A stretch of DNA of 63,785 nucleotides, the filler included, from Calcarisporiella thermophila CBS 279.70 (lineage: Eukaryota > Fungi > Calcarisporiellomycota), in assembly GCF_041956535.1 (NCBI RefSeq). It is 8 parts of 8 records of this genome, joined end to end, with 100 filler letters (N's around TTAATTAATTAA, not from the genome) between each part and the next. Parts side by side here need not be neighbours in the genome. Positions count along the whole stretch, not along the records: positions 25,367 to 54,050 come from NW_027192202.1; positions 54,151 to 56,208 come from NW_027192200.1; 6 more parts are not named here. One strand, given 5' to 3'. The notes under the pieces were generated by a model. It had not been told where the DNA came from. It searched no databases and saw only the letters and a list, made by a program, of their open reading frames with translations. Made by a program: the position numbers and the translations under genes. Every line of letters begins with the position of its first letter. Positions within the stretch are counted from its first letter, which is position 1. Of the stretch, positions 42,114 to 54,764 are shown one piece after another.

Positions 42114-43086
42114 ATGACAAACAGTGAATTGTCATCGACTCTCAATGCGGCAGAGGAATTTGTCAAAGAATACATGAGCAAGTATGATCCTTCTCATGAT
42201 TGGTTTCATGTAGACAGAGTAAGGAGACAAGGTGATTTAACATTTCGAAGACGATAAAATTCTAGCTTACTAATTCACCATTACCTTGGAACTCTAGCTC
42301 TCAAGATTGCCAAAGAGGAGATAAAGCGGAGGCCAGTCGATCTCGAGATCGTTGAATATGCAGCATTATTCCATGACATTGGGGATGCTAAATATATAAT
42401 TGCTGGAAGTAAAACAGCACGCGAGACGGTGCTGGAATTTTTCAAAGAGCACCAGTTCGACTCTGCAAAAGCTGAGCTTATAACTAACATTATTGAGAAC
42501 GTGTCCTATAGAAAAGAGCTGGCGGCTGTGCCGGATCCCTGGAGAGACAACTGCATAGAATTACATATGTAGGCAACAAATCATAAAATGCTTATATGTC
42601 TCTGAATCCTCGTTTTATCGTATGAAACTCCTCTATAGAGTGCAAGATGCCGATAAATTAGATGCCATGGGTGCTTTTGGTAAATTAATTGAATTTGCGG
42701 AGTGTTTTTCTAAAAAAATCAACAGCCCTTAATAATACATATTTATTTCACTTAAGGTATTTTACGATGCGCTGCTTTTAGTGGCGCCAAAGGTCGAGCC
42801 TTGTACAATCCCGAAGAGAAGCCCATTGAAAATATGACCAAAGAACAATACGATGCACAATCAAAGGCTGGACATGGAACCGCCATTTCACATTTCCACG
42901 GTAAATACAACCAATATCTGTATGAGCTTGCAAAACTCTGACCAAGAATATTTATGTCTAGAAAAACTGTTCCATCTTAAAGATAGAATCAAAACGGAAA
43001 CGGGTAAAATCATGGCCACTTCCAGACATAACTACATGATAGAGTTTGTTCAAACCATAGAAAAGGAGTATTCTATGGATATTTAA
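42114..43086 (+). CDS. HD-domain phosphohydrolase (YedJ-like), multi-exon
   Basis: DPSHDWFHVDRV, ALFHDIGDAKY, VQDADKLDAMGAFG, HFH|EKLFHLK. Confidence 0.85.
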
Positions 43087-44652
43087 AGAATATATAATAA
43101 TAGAGAGAATCTTTCCGTATCATTATAAGGACCACAAATCATTATACCTATAATCTTCGTTAAACTTTCTTGATACTCTACTTAGTCTCTTTTGATCTAA
43201 AAAGTGATCTAAACTCCAAATAGAACTATGAACCGCCATTGTCCCGATTTCAAGAGTTAGGCGAGTTTTTTAGCCAAGTTAAAACCGCTTATCCTTTGCT
43301 ATTATGTTGTGGAAGGTTCATTCAATATCGTAGTATTTGCACTTTGACTTGTACATTTACGGGAAATAGTCGGCTATATCTCAATTGGTCAGGAGCACTA
43401 GAAGTTTTGCCGAAAAGGTACAAATGCAAATGGACCAGTTGGCTCTGCAAAATTTACCAATAGTTATTTTTGCCAGTTTTTTCTGGACAGCATATGATTT
43501 GTCGTGGAACTACTAAGTAAAGAGAAATGACAGATATCACTTGGCAAACTGAGCAATGATTGAGATTTCACGCTCGAACCTCGCAAATACTCTTGGCATA
43601 GCGTATAACTGTGTACCACACTTTACATCACCGGAATTTGTGGGCGGAAGCGCTAAGATCCATTGCTATTCTAAGGATCAAGGGAATTCCAGTCTCCAGA
43701 TGGTCTTGAAGTATGTGGTGCAAAATCTCATCTCCACAGTGGTAAGGGCGAGTCGGCGATGCACCTATTGGGTTGCCTACTGACATAGGTGCCTGAGCTT
43801 ACTATGTCTCCAGATGGTATGTGTCTGGCGTAGTATAAAGCTTTGATACTCAATTAAGAAACATTGCGTTTGAGCTTTCTCTCAAAACATTGGTAAAGGC
43901 TATCATTAGAAAGATGAAAAGGGCGCATTTTTTATTTTCGTAACCCGAATTTTTAATGGTTTCTTATGAATCTTGGCGATTGCCATTTTTTTTAATCAGA
44001 AATACCAGTAGCTAGATGTTGCAGGTATCTATAGATTCTAACAAACAATGGAACAAAGTTGGCAATTGTGTTTCAAGTTTCAGGTTCCTTAATTATAGAG
44101 AAAAGGACAGTTTTACGCTTAAAGTTCAGGGGAAATCTCTGGATTAATGATTCTTGTTTATGTGGAACTTAGCAACCATGTGGCGAGGATATTCACTGTT
44201 GAATGGCTCCTCATAGTCTGACACTCCCTCGTTGTTCACTTTCTAATAGTTTTTTATGAGATGTAAATAGGAAATTTATGCTTTTGCCTACCTATTGGTA
44301 GACACTTTGCCAGCACACCTTGGCTATTAACTAGCAAATTCAACTCACGTTCGTACGCATAGACCATCTAACTAAGCATTTGTGTTGTATGAAAACCAAT
44401 GCTGCTACGCTTTGCCTCTTGCGCACTGATTTAAATTAGCCTACTCGCTCGGGACTGCATTCCCACGAAAATTGTCAAATAATTAGACCAATTAGATTCA
44501 GAAGGTTTCATTTGCCCATTAAAGGCCAAAATATTATAAATGGATACGTTGTTGCCTTTAAGGTCGCAGCGTACACTTAGGCCATACCAACAGCCGTTAT
44601 AAATAACTGGTTCTTTTGTTTTTATTTCCTGCATCATCATTCCGTATTCACC

Positions 44653-46092
44653 ATGAAAATTGGAGCCCACTCTACTTCATATTTATACACTTTATATATT
44701 TTTGTCGGACTTATTTCGCTAATCCCTTTCGTTAATGGAAAATGTGCCTCCATCTCGGTACGAAAGGAAATCCGTCAATGTTCGGATCAAGAACGCACCG
44801 ACTTCATCAACGCAGTACGCCAACTGAACCAAGGGACGCGTCCAAATCGCTTCGACTTGTTTACTAAGTGGCATTTGGATGCAACTGAGTACGCTCACAT
44901 TACTCCTCAATTTTTCCCCTGGCATCGTGCTTTTCTTCGTGAATACGAAAAAGCGTTGCAGAGCATTAACCCAAATGTTGTGCTCCCCTATTGGGTATGT
45001 AAGGGATATGGCATGTGTATCAAATATCAAGTGTCATTAACCTAAGATTTATGTAGAACTGGAGCGAAGATGCTGAAAACCCACTTGGAAGTCCAGTCTT
45101 CTCTGATAGTTGGTTCGGCGGCCGGGGTAGCAGCTGTGTTACGTCTGGCCCTATTGCAAACTGGCAAGTTTATTACCCAGATGGATCTCCTCGTTGTCTA
45201 CGAAGGGATCTTACTCTCAACAAAGAACAAGTGGCGTCCACAGCGGTTATCCAGAATATCACTCGTGGTACTGAAAGCTATGATGAATTTGAGAAACTTA
45301 TTGAAATCGTTCCGCATGGTAACATTCATGTCGGAATCGGTGGAGATATGGTAACTATGGCGAGCCCAAATGAGTAAGTAGTAGCTACTATGGAATCGCT
45401 GATTTGATTGAGGTATATTGACCAAAGCATATTCAACTAGTCCTATCTTTTACTTGCATCATGCGTATATCGACAAGATCTGGGCAGACTGGCAAAAGAA
45501 AGGCGAGCTTTTCGTATGGCGATATGGTGGAACCAACAGGGAAGACGGGAGCCGTGCTCTGATCTCCGACTTTATGAAACCTTTTAATGTCCAAGTTGCA
45601 TCCGTCATGCCCACCACTAGTGATTCCATGTGCTATATATACAGCGACTTCCCTGAATCTGCACCTCCTCCTCCAAATGGCACACCAACCACAGCCACTC
45701 TTGCAGCTCCATCCCCAACTGCAACTGTTGCAACACTCAGTAGTGTTCCAGACTCGTGGATTAGGATGCAAGGAGGGGATATAAACATGGCCAGGCAGGT
45801 AGAGGCCCGTCTGAATAGTATCGTCGATGGTATTAACAGAGACGTGAGACAACGACAAGGAGGAAACGGCAATGGGAACGGTAATGGGAACGGTAATGGG
45901 AACGGAAATGGGAACGGAAATGGGAACGGAAATGGGAACGGAAATGGGAACGGAAATGGAAACGGCAACGGAAACGCCGGAGGGAATGGCAGAGGAAACG
46001 CCGGTGGAAATGGCAGAGGAAACGCTGGTGGGAATGGAATAGGAAACGCTGGAGGGAATGTAACTGGAAACGCTGAAGGAGATACAAATTAA
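44653..46092 (+). CDS. Secreted tyrosinase with Gly-Asn repeat tail, 3 exons
   Basis: Signal peptide; RKEIR; CuA WH..AH..FFPWHR; CuB PHGNIH..SPNDPIFYLHHAYID. Confidence 0.92.
45862..46080 (+). repeat. Coding repeat (GGN-AAY)x19 followed by four 24-nt units
   Basis: Encodes (GN)19, then AGGNGRGN-like octapeptides. Confidence 0.95.
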
Positions 46093-47267
46093 TTTATTTT
46101 TGCTCAAGGCTCTAATTTAGACAATAGTAATTCACCATTTAGTACTTCAACCTATGAGTAATATGTAATTTTTTTAGGATGTCCATTTTAATGATTGGTA
46201 TAGCCTTTGATGCTTTTGTAAATAAATTATTATACACTTAAAGAAAAATATTTGAAACATCTCTCAAAAATTTCTCAGCTTTCTGTGTTGTAGAGTCAAT
46301 GCTATAATGACAATTGCCATAAAAAAATTATAATGCTTCTATTCATACTCTGATCCCCAATAACTTTTACTGAGCAATTGTATTTTTATACATTTCTTTA
46401 ATGAGTATGCGCCTTCCTAAACTTGTAATAGTTTAATTAATACATAATTAGATACATCAAACTGACTACAACTACGCATCGTTGCGAGTTTTGTGCGAAA
46501 ATTGTCACTCGTCACAGTTTTTTTTGCCTATTCAATGATATTCTTGAGGAAATAAAATCAAAGTTATTTTGGGACTGAACCTTCAAGGGATTAAGAATCT
46601 CGGGAGGTGCTCGTCAAACCAGAGTTTTAACAAAACGGATGATCTTTACGTGAGATAAGAGGAATATAATATTTGAATGAATTCTACTGATGCAACTTTA
46701 TCGATTTCACGAGTATAATATTTAATTAAAGAATATGAAGCAAATACCAAACTTGAATCCTCAAAAAGTAGGATCCGTATACTTAAGAGTTGTATAAATT
46801 AGCGCTGTCTTAATGAGAAAAAAAATGTGAGAGATAATGATCAGATATAACTATACTATAAATTGGGAACATTGTACAAAGTGAGCAAATTACAACTATA
46901 GAGAAATATCTGTTCGAGATTTCCAATGGATGTCAATTATAAATTTGAGAATCAATGTCAACCATATCTAGCGAATTTCATGATTCCTGAACTTTGAATT
47001 AAAAGCATTCGGGTTATCAATTAACGGTTTGTCATCGAAATTATTTTATGAGCATACAGAGTTTCTATGGAATTTTCTTTAGAAAAATACCTTTTTATTT
47101 AAAAGTTTAATGATTCAAACTGCTTTGTCAAAACAAATCTCTCGATTTGATTGCATTTTCTCTAGACTATACCTCCGCAATTAGAGGGAGATTATTAATA
47201 GCGGATACTAAGTTCCCATTCATTTGTAACTGACATCTCCATTGGTTTACCCTTCATTAAATAACAA

Positions 47268-48989
47268 ATGATGGCACAGAATGTCCAAGCAGGAACATTA
47301 ACTGTACATATACTTGAGGGCCATAGACTCTCTCTCCCACCCGGAATAAGCCTTCCTCCTGTATCACCAATAATTAGCCAACGTCGATCAAGATGTACTT
47401 CATTTTATCGAGTAAATTGGAGGGACCGTGTTAACCAGCTTCAAAATGAGTGCTGGTGGTTGCCCTATGTTGTTGTAGAGTTTGAAAAGGTAATTGAAAA
47501 TTCTTAGTGTGAAATGCGCAAGAAATGGCATGCAATTTCTTTATTAAGAGCGAAATTCTGGTCAAACCCCTTGGAGGTGATATGCAAAATCCTGCATGGC
47601 AATACGAAATAACATTGTAGGCACAGTTCACTTTATCATCATCGCAAAAACGTTAAGTTTATTTTTTCTAACAGTGACGTGACAAAACATTCGATTATCA
47701 ATTTCACTATTTATTTGCGTTCACCACCAGGAAATCCTTCAAAGAGCAGTGTAATTCTTGGTCGCTTAAAGATACAACCAAGCTTTATTGATCAGATAGT
47801 TCAAGACGAATGGTACCCACTCCAAGGCAGCACCGGTCAGCTTCATGTGCAGCTATTCTATCACCGAGATCGGGTATGAACCAAATGATTCGGCAGTAAT
47901 ATTTGGATACAAATGCTTAACCATGCTTTACCTTTTTAAATTAGAACAATAATCCATTGACAACCGGTTCCTTTGATTTACTGAAAGTGATTGGGGCGGG
48001 AAGTTTCGGTAAAGTAAGTATTATATATGAGCCAAACTTCGCTGGATAAACACTTAGCATCACGAAAAAACAAGGTATTGCAAGTGCGAAAGCGAGATAC
48101 GAGCCGTGTTTATGCCATGAAGATTATTCGAAAAGTTCATATAAATTTCTGCTCAGAAGTTTATCACACTCTGGCAGAGCGCATGGTGCTCGAGCAAATT
48201 AACAACCCATTTATAGTCCCGCTCAAATTCTATTTCCAAAGTCCTGAGAAACTATATCTAGTGTTTGCATTTATAAATGGTGGAGTTTTGATTGAGCATT
48301 TGCAGATGCTAGGCAAATTTTCAGAGGAACGCGCCCGGTTTTATACTGCAGAAATCTATTGTGCATTGGAGTGTATTCATGAATGCAACCTCATCTAAGG
48401 GTTTGCAATGATTGAAATTATGTTGTTTTATGCGATGTGGGAATAATTTTAGAAATTTTGTTCTATTTAATCTTCTAGGGACTTGAAACTCGAGAATATT
48501 CTCATCAATTACAACGGACATATTACACTAAGTGATTTCGGCCTCTGCAGGTTGAATATGGAGGAAAAGGGCACAATAAATACATTCTGCAGCACGCCAT
48601 AATATCTTGCACCAGAGTTATTACTTGGGCAAAAATATACCAAGGCGGTGGACTGGTGGGCACTCGGTGTTCTTCTTTACGAGATGTTAACAGGGTTTCC
48701 ACCGTTCTATGACAATAACATTAAAGAGTTGCACCGTAAAATCTTACAAGACGGACTGACTTTCCCCAGTGATGTTTCCACTGAGGCTCGTAGTCTGCTC
48801 ACTGGTTTGCTGACCCGCGATCCTGATCAACGATCTGGCAGTAACGGTGGGCAAGAGATTAAGGGCCACCCTTTTTTTGCTTCTGTTGACTGGTCAAAGC
48901 TAATGAGAAAGGAGATAGTACCGCCCTTCATCCCCTCAGTCCCTCAGACGAAAATTCATTGTATATCCGGATTTGAAGTTGGATTCTAA
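47268..48989 (+). pseudogene. Ypk1/Gad8-like C2-AGC kinase pseudogene
   Basis: WWLPYVVVEFEK, LLKVIGAGSFGKV, FQSPEKLYLV, DFG; TAA at 48396-48398 (conserved Tyr of IYRD) and 48600-48602 (Glu of TPEY); C-tail truncated. Confidence 0.85.
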
Positions 48990-49219
48990 TTCCATAATTT
49001 ATATAAATTATATCTTTGTGCGTACTATGTCTCAAGTGCTGTATGTCTAACGTGGGAATATTATTGAATTTGATGCAATTCAACTACGGCAAAATCCAGA
49101 AAATAATTATATTAACATCGATGCAAAGAGTCGAGAGAAGCCATAACTACAACTTAAATATAGATTCATAAACCATACATATTTATATCAAGAAAAGAAA
49201 AATCCTGTCACTTTTCCTA

Positions 49220-50283
49220 TCAACTTGATTCCTTCCTGATTTTTTCCTCGTATTCAAGAACTGATTCTAGAGCATTAGTGAGGTTTATTTTCGGCTCCCA
49301 GGTTGACTCGGAATCGCTATATCCCTCCCATTTCACCAAGTATTCCACTCGTCTTCTACGGCGAACTTTGCGAATTCTCTTGTTAACTATTTTCTCAACC
49401 GCATATTCTAGCCCTCTTGCAGTTTTGATGGGCGAAGGCGGAGATTTTATGCTATTTTTGGTTCCTTGCGAGCTCTCAGGAGAAGAAGTTTTCGGTGCAG
49501 CAGTTACTGGAGGGGGAGTTGCTGGTAAAGGGGCCACCGATGGAGGATTCTCTGATGAAGAAGTTTTTGATCCAGGAATCTGTGATGAAAAAGTCTTTGA
49601 TGTAGGTATAGCTGACGAAGAAGTAGAGTCATCCGAGTGATTTTGAATGGATACAGAGCGATTAGACTTGTAGGGAATATATCTGTTAATATGCGAAAAT
49701 TGAAACGGTTTAGGGGGAGAGCTTTCGACAATGGTTGCAGGCTTGCTTGGGTGTTTTGAAGATTGATTTGCGGAGGAAAATATATTTAATGGATTCATGA
49801 AACTAAATCTAGATCCAACTATTGTGGCAATTCAAGAAAAATATTAGCGAAAATTATATATTTGTATATCCAAGAGCTGGACAGAAACGAAGAAATAATT
49901 AGAGGATACCTACAGGTATTAAGTGTAGTAGATTTGGAGGATGCATCGCGAAGTTCCTCGGGATCGAAATTGGCATCAAAGTCAGGATTGGACTCGGAAT
50001 CATGTTTGGAGTCAGAACTCGTTAGAGAATCGATAATTGATTTGTCATCAGAAATAAGGGAAGAAGTAGGCTCAGGACTGGGTGCTTTATGGTTTGGAGG
50101 TGAATGCGGGGCGGCTATTGGGCTATCTGTAGCCATAGTTCTAGCGAGCTCCTCTGCTGCTCTCTCTCTCTGATTCTTCAAAAATTGCTCCGATTTTTTT
50201 TTATGCTTTAGAAGAGTTGATTGGCTCACCATCTTATTTCCTTTGCACACATTACAGTAGCAGCATACTCTAGGTGCAGGCAT
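49220..50283 (-). CDS. Protein with N-terminal CxCxxC..H motif, S/P-rich linker and C-terminal chromodomain (splicing inferred)
   Basis: CYCNVC..VSQSTLLKH; EYAVEKIV..VEYLVKWEGYSDSESTWEP; GT donor near 49908. Confidence 0.6.
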
Positions 50284-51619
50284 TATGACAGACAATTGGC
50301 AGCTGATGTTATCGATAAATTGGCATGCTCATCACGATTGCTGCAAATATTAAAAATGGGAACATAATTTTTCCAAGCGCTCCGCACTCCCACTCGTCCA
50401 TCTCTCGCCAATTAGATTACAAGTTGAAGAATAGGGATGACGTATCGGGTAAAAAGGAATCGCACATCTTAATTTAAGCTTAACTGACTGGGTAGGAGCT
50501 GATGGGCCAGTTCTCTAAGTTAGCATTGGCCCTAACAGTGCCAAGTTAAGGGTTTTCTAGTCGTGCAGAAGTATGCCTTGAGTCCTGAAGAAAGGACGAT
50601 GAAATTCGCGCTACAAATAAGTATTAATAATACAGCTATCGAACCAAAATAGACATCAATAACTGGTGGATTAAAATCATCTCTATTTTATAGGTATGAA
50701 ATTGCATGAAATCAACGCCAATTGATAATCCTAATATCGATTATAGTCAGGAATATGTCAGGTTTCACCAATTCCAAAAAATCTTAATATGAATCGGCTT
50801 AAATCCAGAAGAGGTTGGCTCGATTATATTAAAGACTAGCGATGAGGATCAGAAAATGGATTAGGATATATTTGAAATTAACCATTCTCTTTGAGTCGCC
50901 ATATCGCTTTTATTTAAAACACTGCACATCATGAAGCTATCAATCCCGAAATTAACCTAGATCAGCGAAACGAGAATAATGAGTAAATTCTGCGCCGAGT
51001 CCTTTTCTGTATCAAGAGGCTAGTGTTGTTTAGATACAGTATTACAGGAAAACACGTGTGTTTTATTGCTTCGAAATCCAAGCTCACTCTCTCAGCCATA
51101 TCCTGTGCTTATATGCAAAATGAACACCAAGTGCAGGATCCCTTTACGATCTATTACACGATAATCCAAGGAGATCCTATCCTCTCAGTGGCAGAGGGAT
51201 GAGTCATGCCATTGGGAGGCTCAACCTGGATCCATTTCCATTTGTATCGAATATATCTATTTTGTCCGATATTTTGGCTCAAGCTTTCTAAAGCAAACCC
51301 CTTTCCGCTCGGCAAAAGGGCACTAGCCCGCATTTAATTTCAGGGTTGTATCCATTATTGTTCTCCAGAGTAAAAACAATCAGAAGATTTCAGCACAACT
51401 CACATCTCGCCAATTTCATATTCTCATGAAATCGACCAATGGGCGATGTGGCACGGTTTTTTCAACGAAGAAGCGTGTGAAACCTAGCTTATAAAGGATA
51501 TCGTTTTGCGCCGAGTGAAGTATGCTCAGTACTCTCTGGAAGGTATTTAAATGGGATGAATTCTGCCAAAGCCTTCAGTTCTTCTTTATATCGGTACTAT
51601 TTGTATACCCTTATCAACC

Positions 51620-51787
51620 ATGAAAGTCTTAAATCAAATAGTTGTAGCCATGCTGCTTATGGCGGTAGCCCAAGCCTGCAATGTAGGGAGCGAATGCAAC
51701 ATTCAATGCTCACCTGGTAATAGCCCGTATTGTATTAATCACAATTGCTATTGTTGCCCAACGGGACACCCTGAGATCTGCTTGTAA
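51620..51787 (+). CDS. Small secreted 8-Cys peptide, CS-alpha/beta-like (not in ORF track)
   Basis: MKVLNQIVVAMLLMAVAQA-CNVGSECNIQCSPGNSPYCINHNCYCCPTGHPEICL*; ACCATG start context, TATA-like TTTATAT about 30 nt upstream, A-Q-A cleavage site. Confidence 0.8.
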   Translation: MKVLNQIVVAMLLMAVAQACNVGSECNIQCSPGNSPYCINHNCYCCPTGHPEICL

Positions 51788-52470
51788 TCTGATCGCAACA
51801 ATATCCTAATCATTTACGATTAATATTATCATTAACGATTTTAATATAAAAAAAATTGGAGTGATCTTGATAAAAATATGAGGTTGTAGTATCAATGCTA
51901 TGTCAATGAAAATTTTATGGATATATCTATTGGGTTTTTTCCCATTATCAGAAAACAATCGCCTGAAATATTTTATCTCTGTTCAATAAAAGCAATACTC
52001 GTTTTCCCCTCCTTTCTCTAGTGCAAAATTTGACTAATATCCTTTATAGTACTAAACTCGGACTTAGACAAATGGAACCCAAGATCTTAATCGTTGTGGA
52101 TCATATCAAATACCTTTTTCCACCATTACCGTCCTTTTCGCACTAAGATGATTATCTATGCTAGATTTTTTAAATTATACTTATGCACGTCGCATCTTCA
52201 AAACTGCTGGCTATGTAAAGTTTGCAAAAAGGAAAGGGTGGGCCCATTCAATTTACTTTTAATTGAGCTATCGAAGCATTTTCCACAACACTGGTATTTA
52301 AGTGGAGAGATTAAAAATTAATAATGAAATACTCTGGCTTAATCCCTTGTACTACTTTTGCAATCCAGTTATTCATTGCATTAATACTTGCAACAGCGCA
52401 GCAGAGAACCGAGTATTCAATGCTTATTTGACGGAGATGATAACAATATTTTATTATCTCCAAGAGTATT

Positions 52471-53503
52471 TCAATCTCTCCACCAGCGCTGCGACACTAT
52501 TCCAATTGTGCTGGCGATGATTAGCATCGATCCATACATGCCTAAAACAGTCGGGACTTCGTTAAAAAAGTATACATCAATTAAAAAGGTATATAGGGCG
52601 GCGCTTAAGCTAACCACCATGGTGGGAGTAGCGGGAGCTAATTGCAAACCCAAAGTCCAAAAACTTGCTGCTAGGGACGAACACAGCCCTTGCGACAAAA
52701 ATAAGTACCACATATCGCCTCTAGGCATCACAAACCCCCGAAAAGCAATCACGACGGAACAGAATATTGTGCTCACAACGCCAATGTTAAAGACATACAC
52801 TATTTGGTGCACTTTTGTTCCAACTTTGCGAACCAAGATGCATGCTGCTGAAGAGCCTAAGGCACCAACAATGCCAAAAAGAATTGGTAGCAACTCCACT
52901 GCGACAGAGGGATTATCGTGTTGAGAAATCCGCGATTCTGATATAACCATGACCCCACATAGTGAAACAATTACTGCACAAACCTCAAAAATCAATAATT
53001 CTTCTTTTAATATAATACGGGCAAGGACCGGTGTCAGCAAAGGGGAGATGGAAAAGATGACTAGATGAAAGACCGTTAGTTTTCTTACTTCTCCAAAACA
53101 CAGATTCCAGTGATTGTTAATTACCATTAGTAATAAACAAGGGCAATTTCGACAGCGAACTCAGAAATAACACCATTGTAAGACCTCCAAGTAAAGCTCG
53201 AAGAAATATCGCCCTTCTTGTCCCCACATTCCCGAGTGGATGCTGTCCAAAACATAGGCACCCCACATAACCAAACAGCAGCTTCATGAGGGAGCGGATG
53301 AATATAACCTCCAAGGAAGTCGTATACTTCATGCAAATTTTAGCCATCATATCTCCAACTGCCAGAAGGAAAGAGTTAAAGGCCATGCAGAAGAACCCAA
53401 GCATTTCGCGCTTGCGAATTTGGTTGGAGGTGACATTTTTTTGTGAATCAACAAGGGAATTTGTTTCCTCGCTATATTCCGTGCATTCTCTTGCAAGTAT
53501 CAT
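52471..53503 (-). CDS. EamA/DMT-family transporter, 2 exons
   Basis: EVIFIRS, FLRALLG, ISPLLTPVLARIILKE, LVRKVG; about 10 TM segments. Confidence 0.85.
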
Positions 53504-54210
53504 TAAACCTATTGCACTCTCCAAGTATCTCCAATATTAGAATGAAAGAAAAAAAGAGCTTAGGGGATACCTATCCGCAAAAGCGTGAATGGGACTATTC
53601 TATCGCTGTAAAACATGTGAGTGACCACAGGATACTCTCCAATAATGTGGTATGGATATAATCTTTGCTTATGCATAGCCAAATTCGGTCGAAATTTTAA
53701 TTAACGCCCGATATGAAAGATTGCAGTGTTCGCTCTGCTAACCCAGCGATAACCCAAAAAAAATTGAAAACAAAATGTATAAAACTTCACTCTGTGTTTA
53801 TTGAGAGTAGCAATGCATTGCTTACACCAATCCTTAATAAAAATAAATCAATAATTAAAACCGGCTATCTAACTAAAATAATGTTGTTAGATTAATATAT
53901 ACTTTCTTTGGCTAATGAATTTTTGTTAGATTAACTCCATATTAAAATAAAGGCCACAGTCATGGAGTAAAAGTTGATAAAATTAGGGAACGAGTAGCAA
54001 AATTAGCATAACAAGGAAAGATATTGATATATTAGTAAAAAAAATTTTTTNNNNNNNNNNNNNNNNNNNNNNNNNNNNNNNNNNNNNNNNNNNNTTAATT
54101 AATTAANNNNNNNNNNNNNNNNNNNNNNNNNNNNNNNNNNNNNNNNNNNNCGTACTATGACCAACATAACCTTTCGATCTACGATATCACCCAAAACTTT
54201 AGCTTTGGCT

Positions 54211-54303
54211 TCCCTTTCACTTTATTGCTTATAATAATGTAACAATTGTATTTTAGAGTCATCCTATATAATAAAGACTCGGCATTGATCAAAAAAAAAA
54301 AAA
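54211..54303 (+). mobile_element. Non-LTR retroelement-like 3' tail, copy 1
   Basis: Similar to 54585-54674; GAGTC/GACTC stem, AATAAA, ends GATC + A13. Confidence 0.5.
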
Positions 54304-54674
54304 CTGGGCCCGAATAAAGCGACAATTTGAACAGTTCCGAAGCAGGCGGGGTAAAATGGGCGCGGTGAAAGAAGGAGCTAATAGAACGGCTCTATAACTG
54401 GACTGGCGCAGTAGCCCCTACTACTAGCTCTTCTCTTTCTTCATATCTCTCTCTCCATATCACCTATCAAGTCTTTCCCTAATACCCACACTTAGTTGAG
54501 TTTTATTTCTCATCTACCTATTTGAGGAGAAAATTTGTCATGATCAACTTACCCCTAATTGCAATGTCGCGTCAATTCCTAGCTTTTATCTCATTTTATT
54601 ACTTTTAATAATGTAACGATTGTATTTTAGAGTCTTATTAAACAATATAGACTCACTTTTGATCAAAAAAAAAA
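54304..54674 (+). mobile_element. 5'-truncated non-LTR retroelement-like copy 2
   Basis: Same tail as copy 1 ending GATC + A10; pyrimidine-rich 3' UTR-like tract. Confidence 0.45.
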
Positions 54675-54687
54675 GACATATAGTACT

Positions 54688-54764
54688 GGGGTATAGTAGC
54701 TCTGTGATAAACGCTCCTCGGTGCCATCGAGATGGCGCGGGTTCGAATCCCGTAACCCCCACCA
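54688..54764 (+). pseudogene. Degenerate tRNA-Gly(GCC)-like sequence ending in CCA
   Basis: T arm GCGGG-TTCGAAT-CCCGT intact, anticodon arm CTCG-GTGCCAT-CGAG; acceptor stem mismatched, D arm degenerate. Confidence 0.6.

Noticed and set aside
45433-46107. Antisense ORFs with (PF)n, (PISV)n and (FRSH)n repeats
   Set aside because: Shadows of the tyrosinase GN repeat on the opposite strand.
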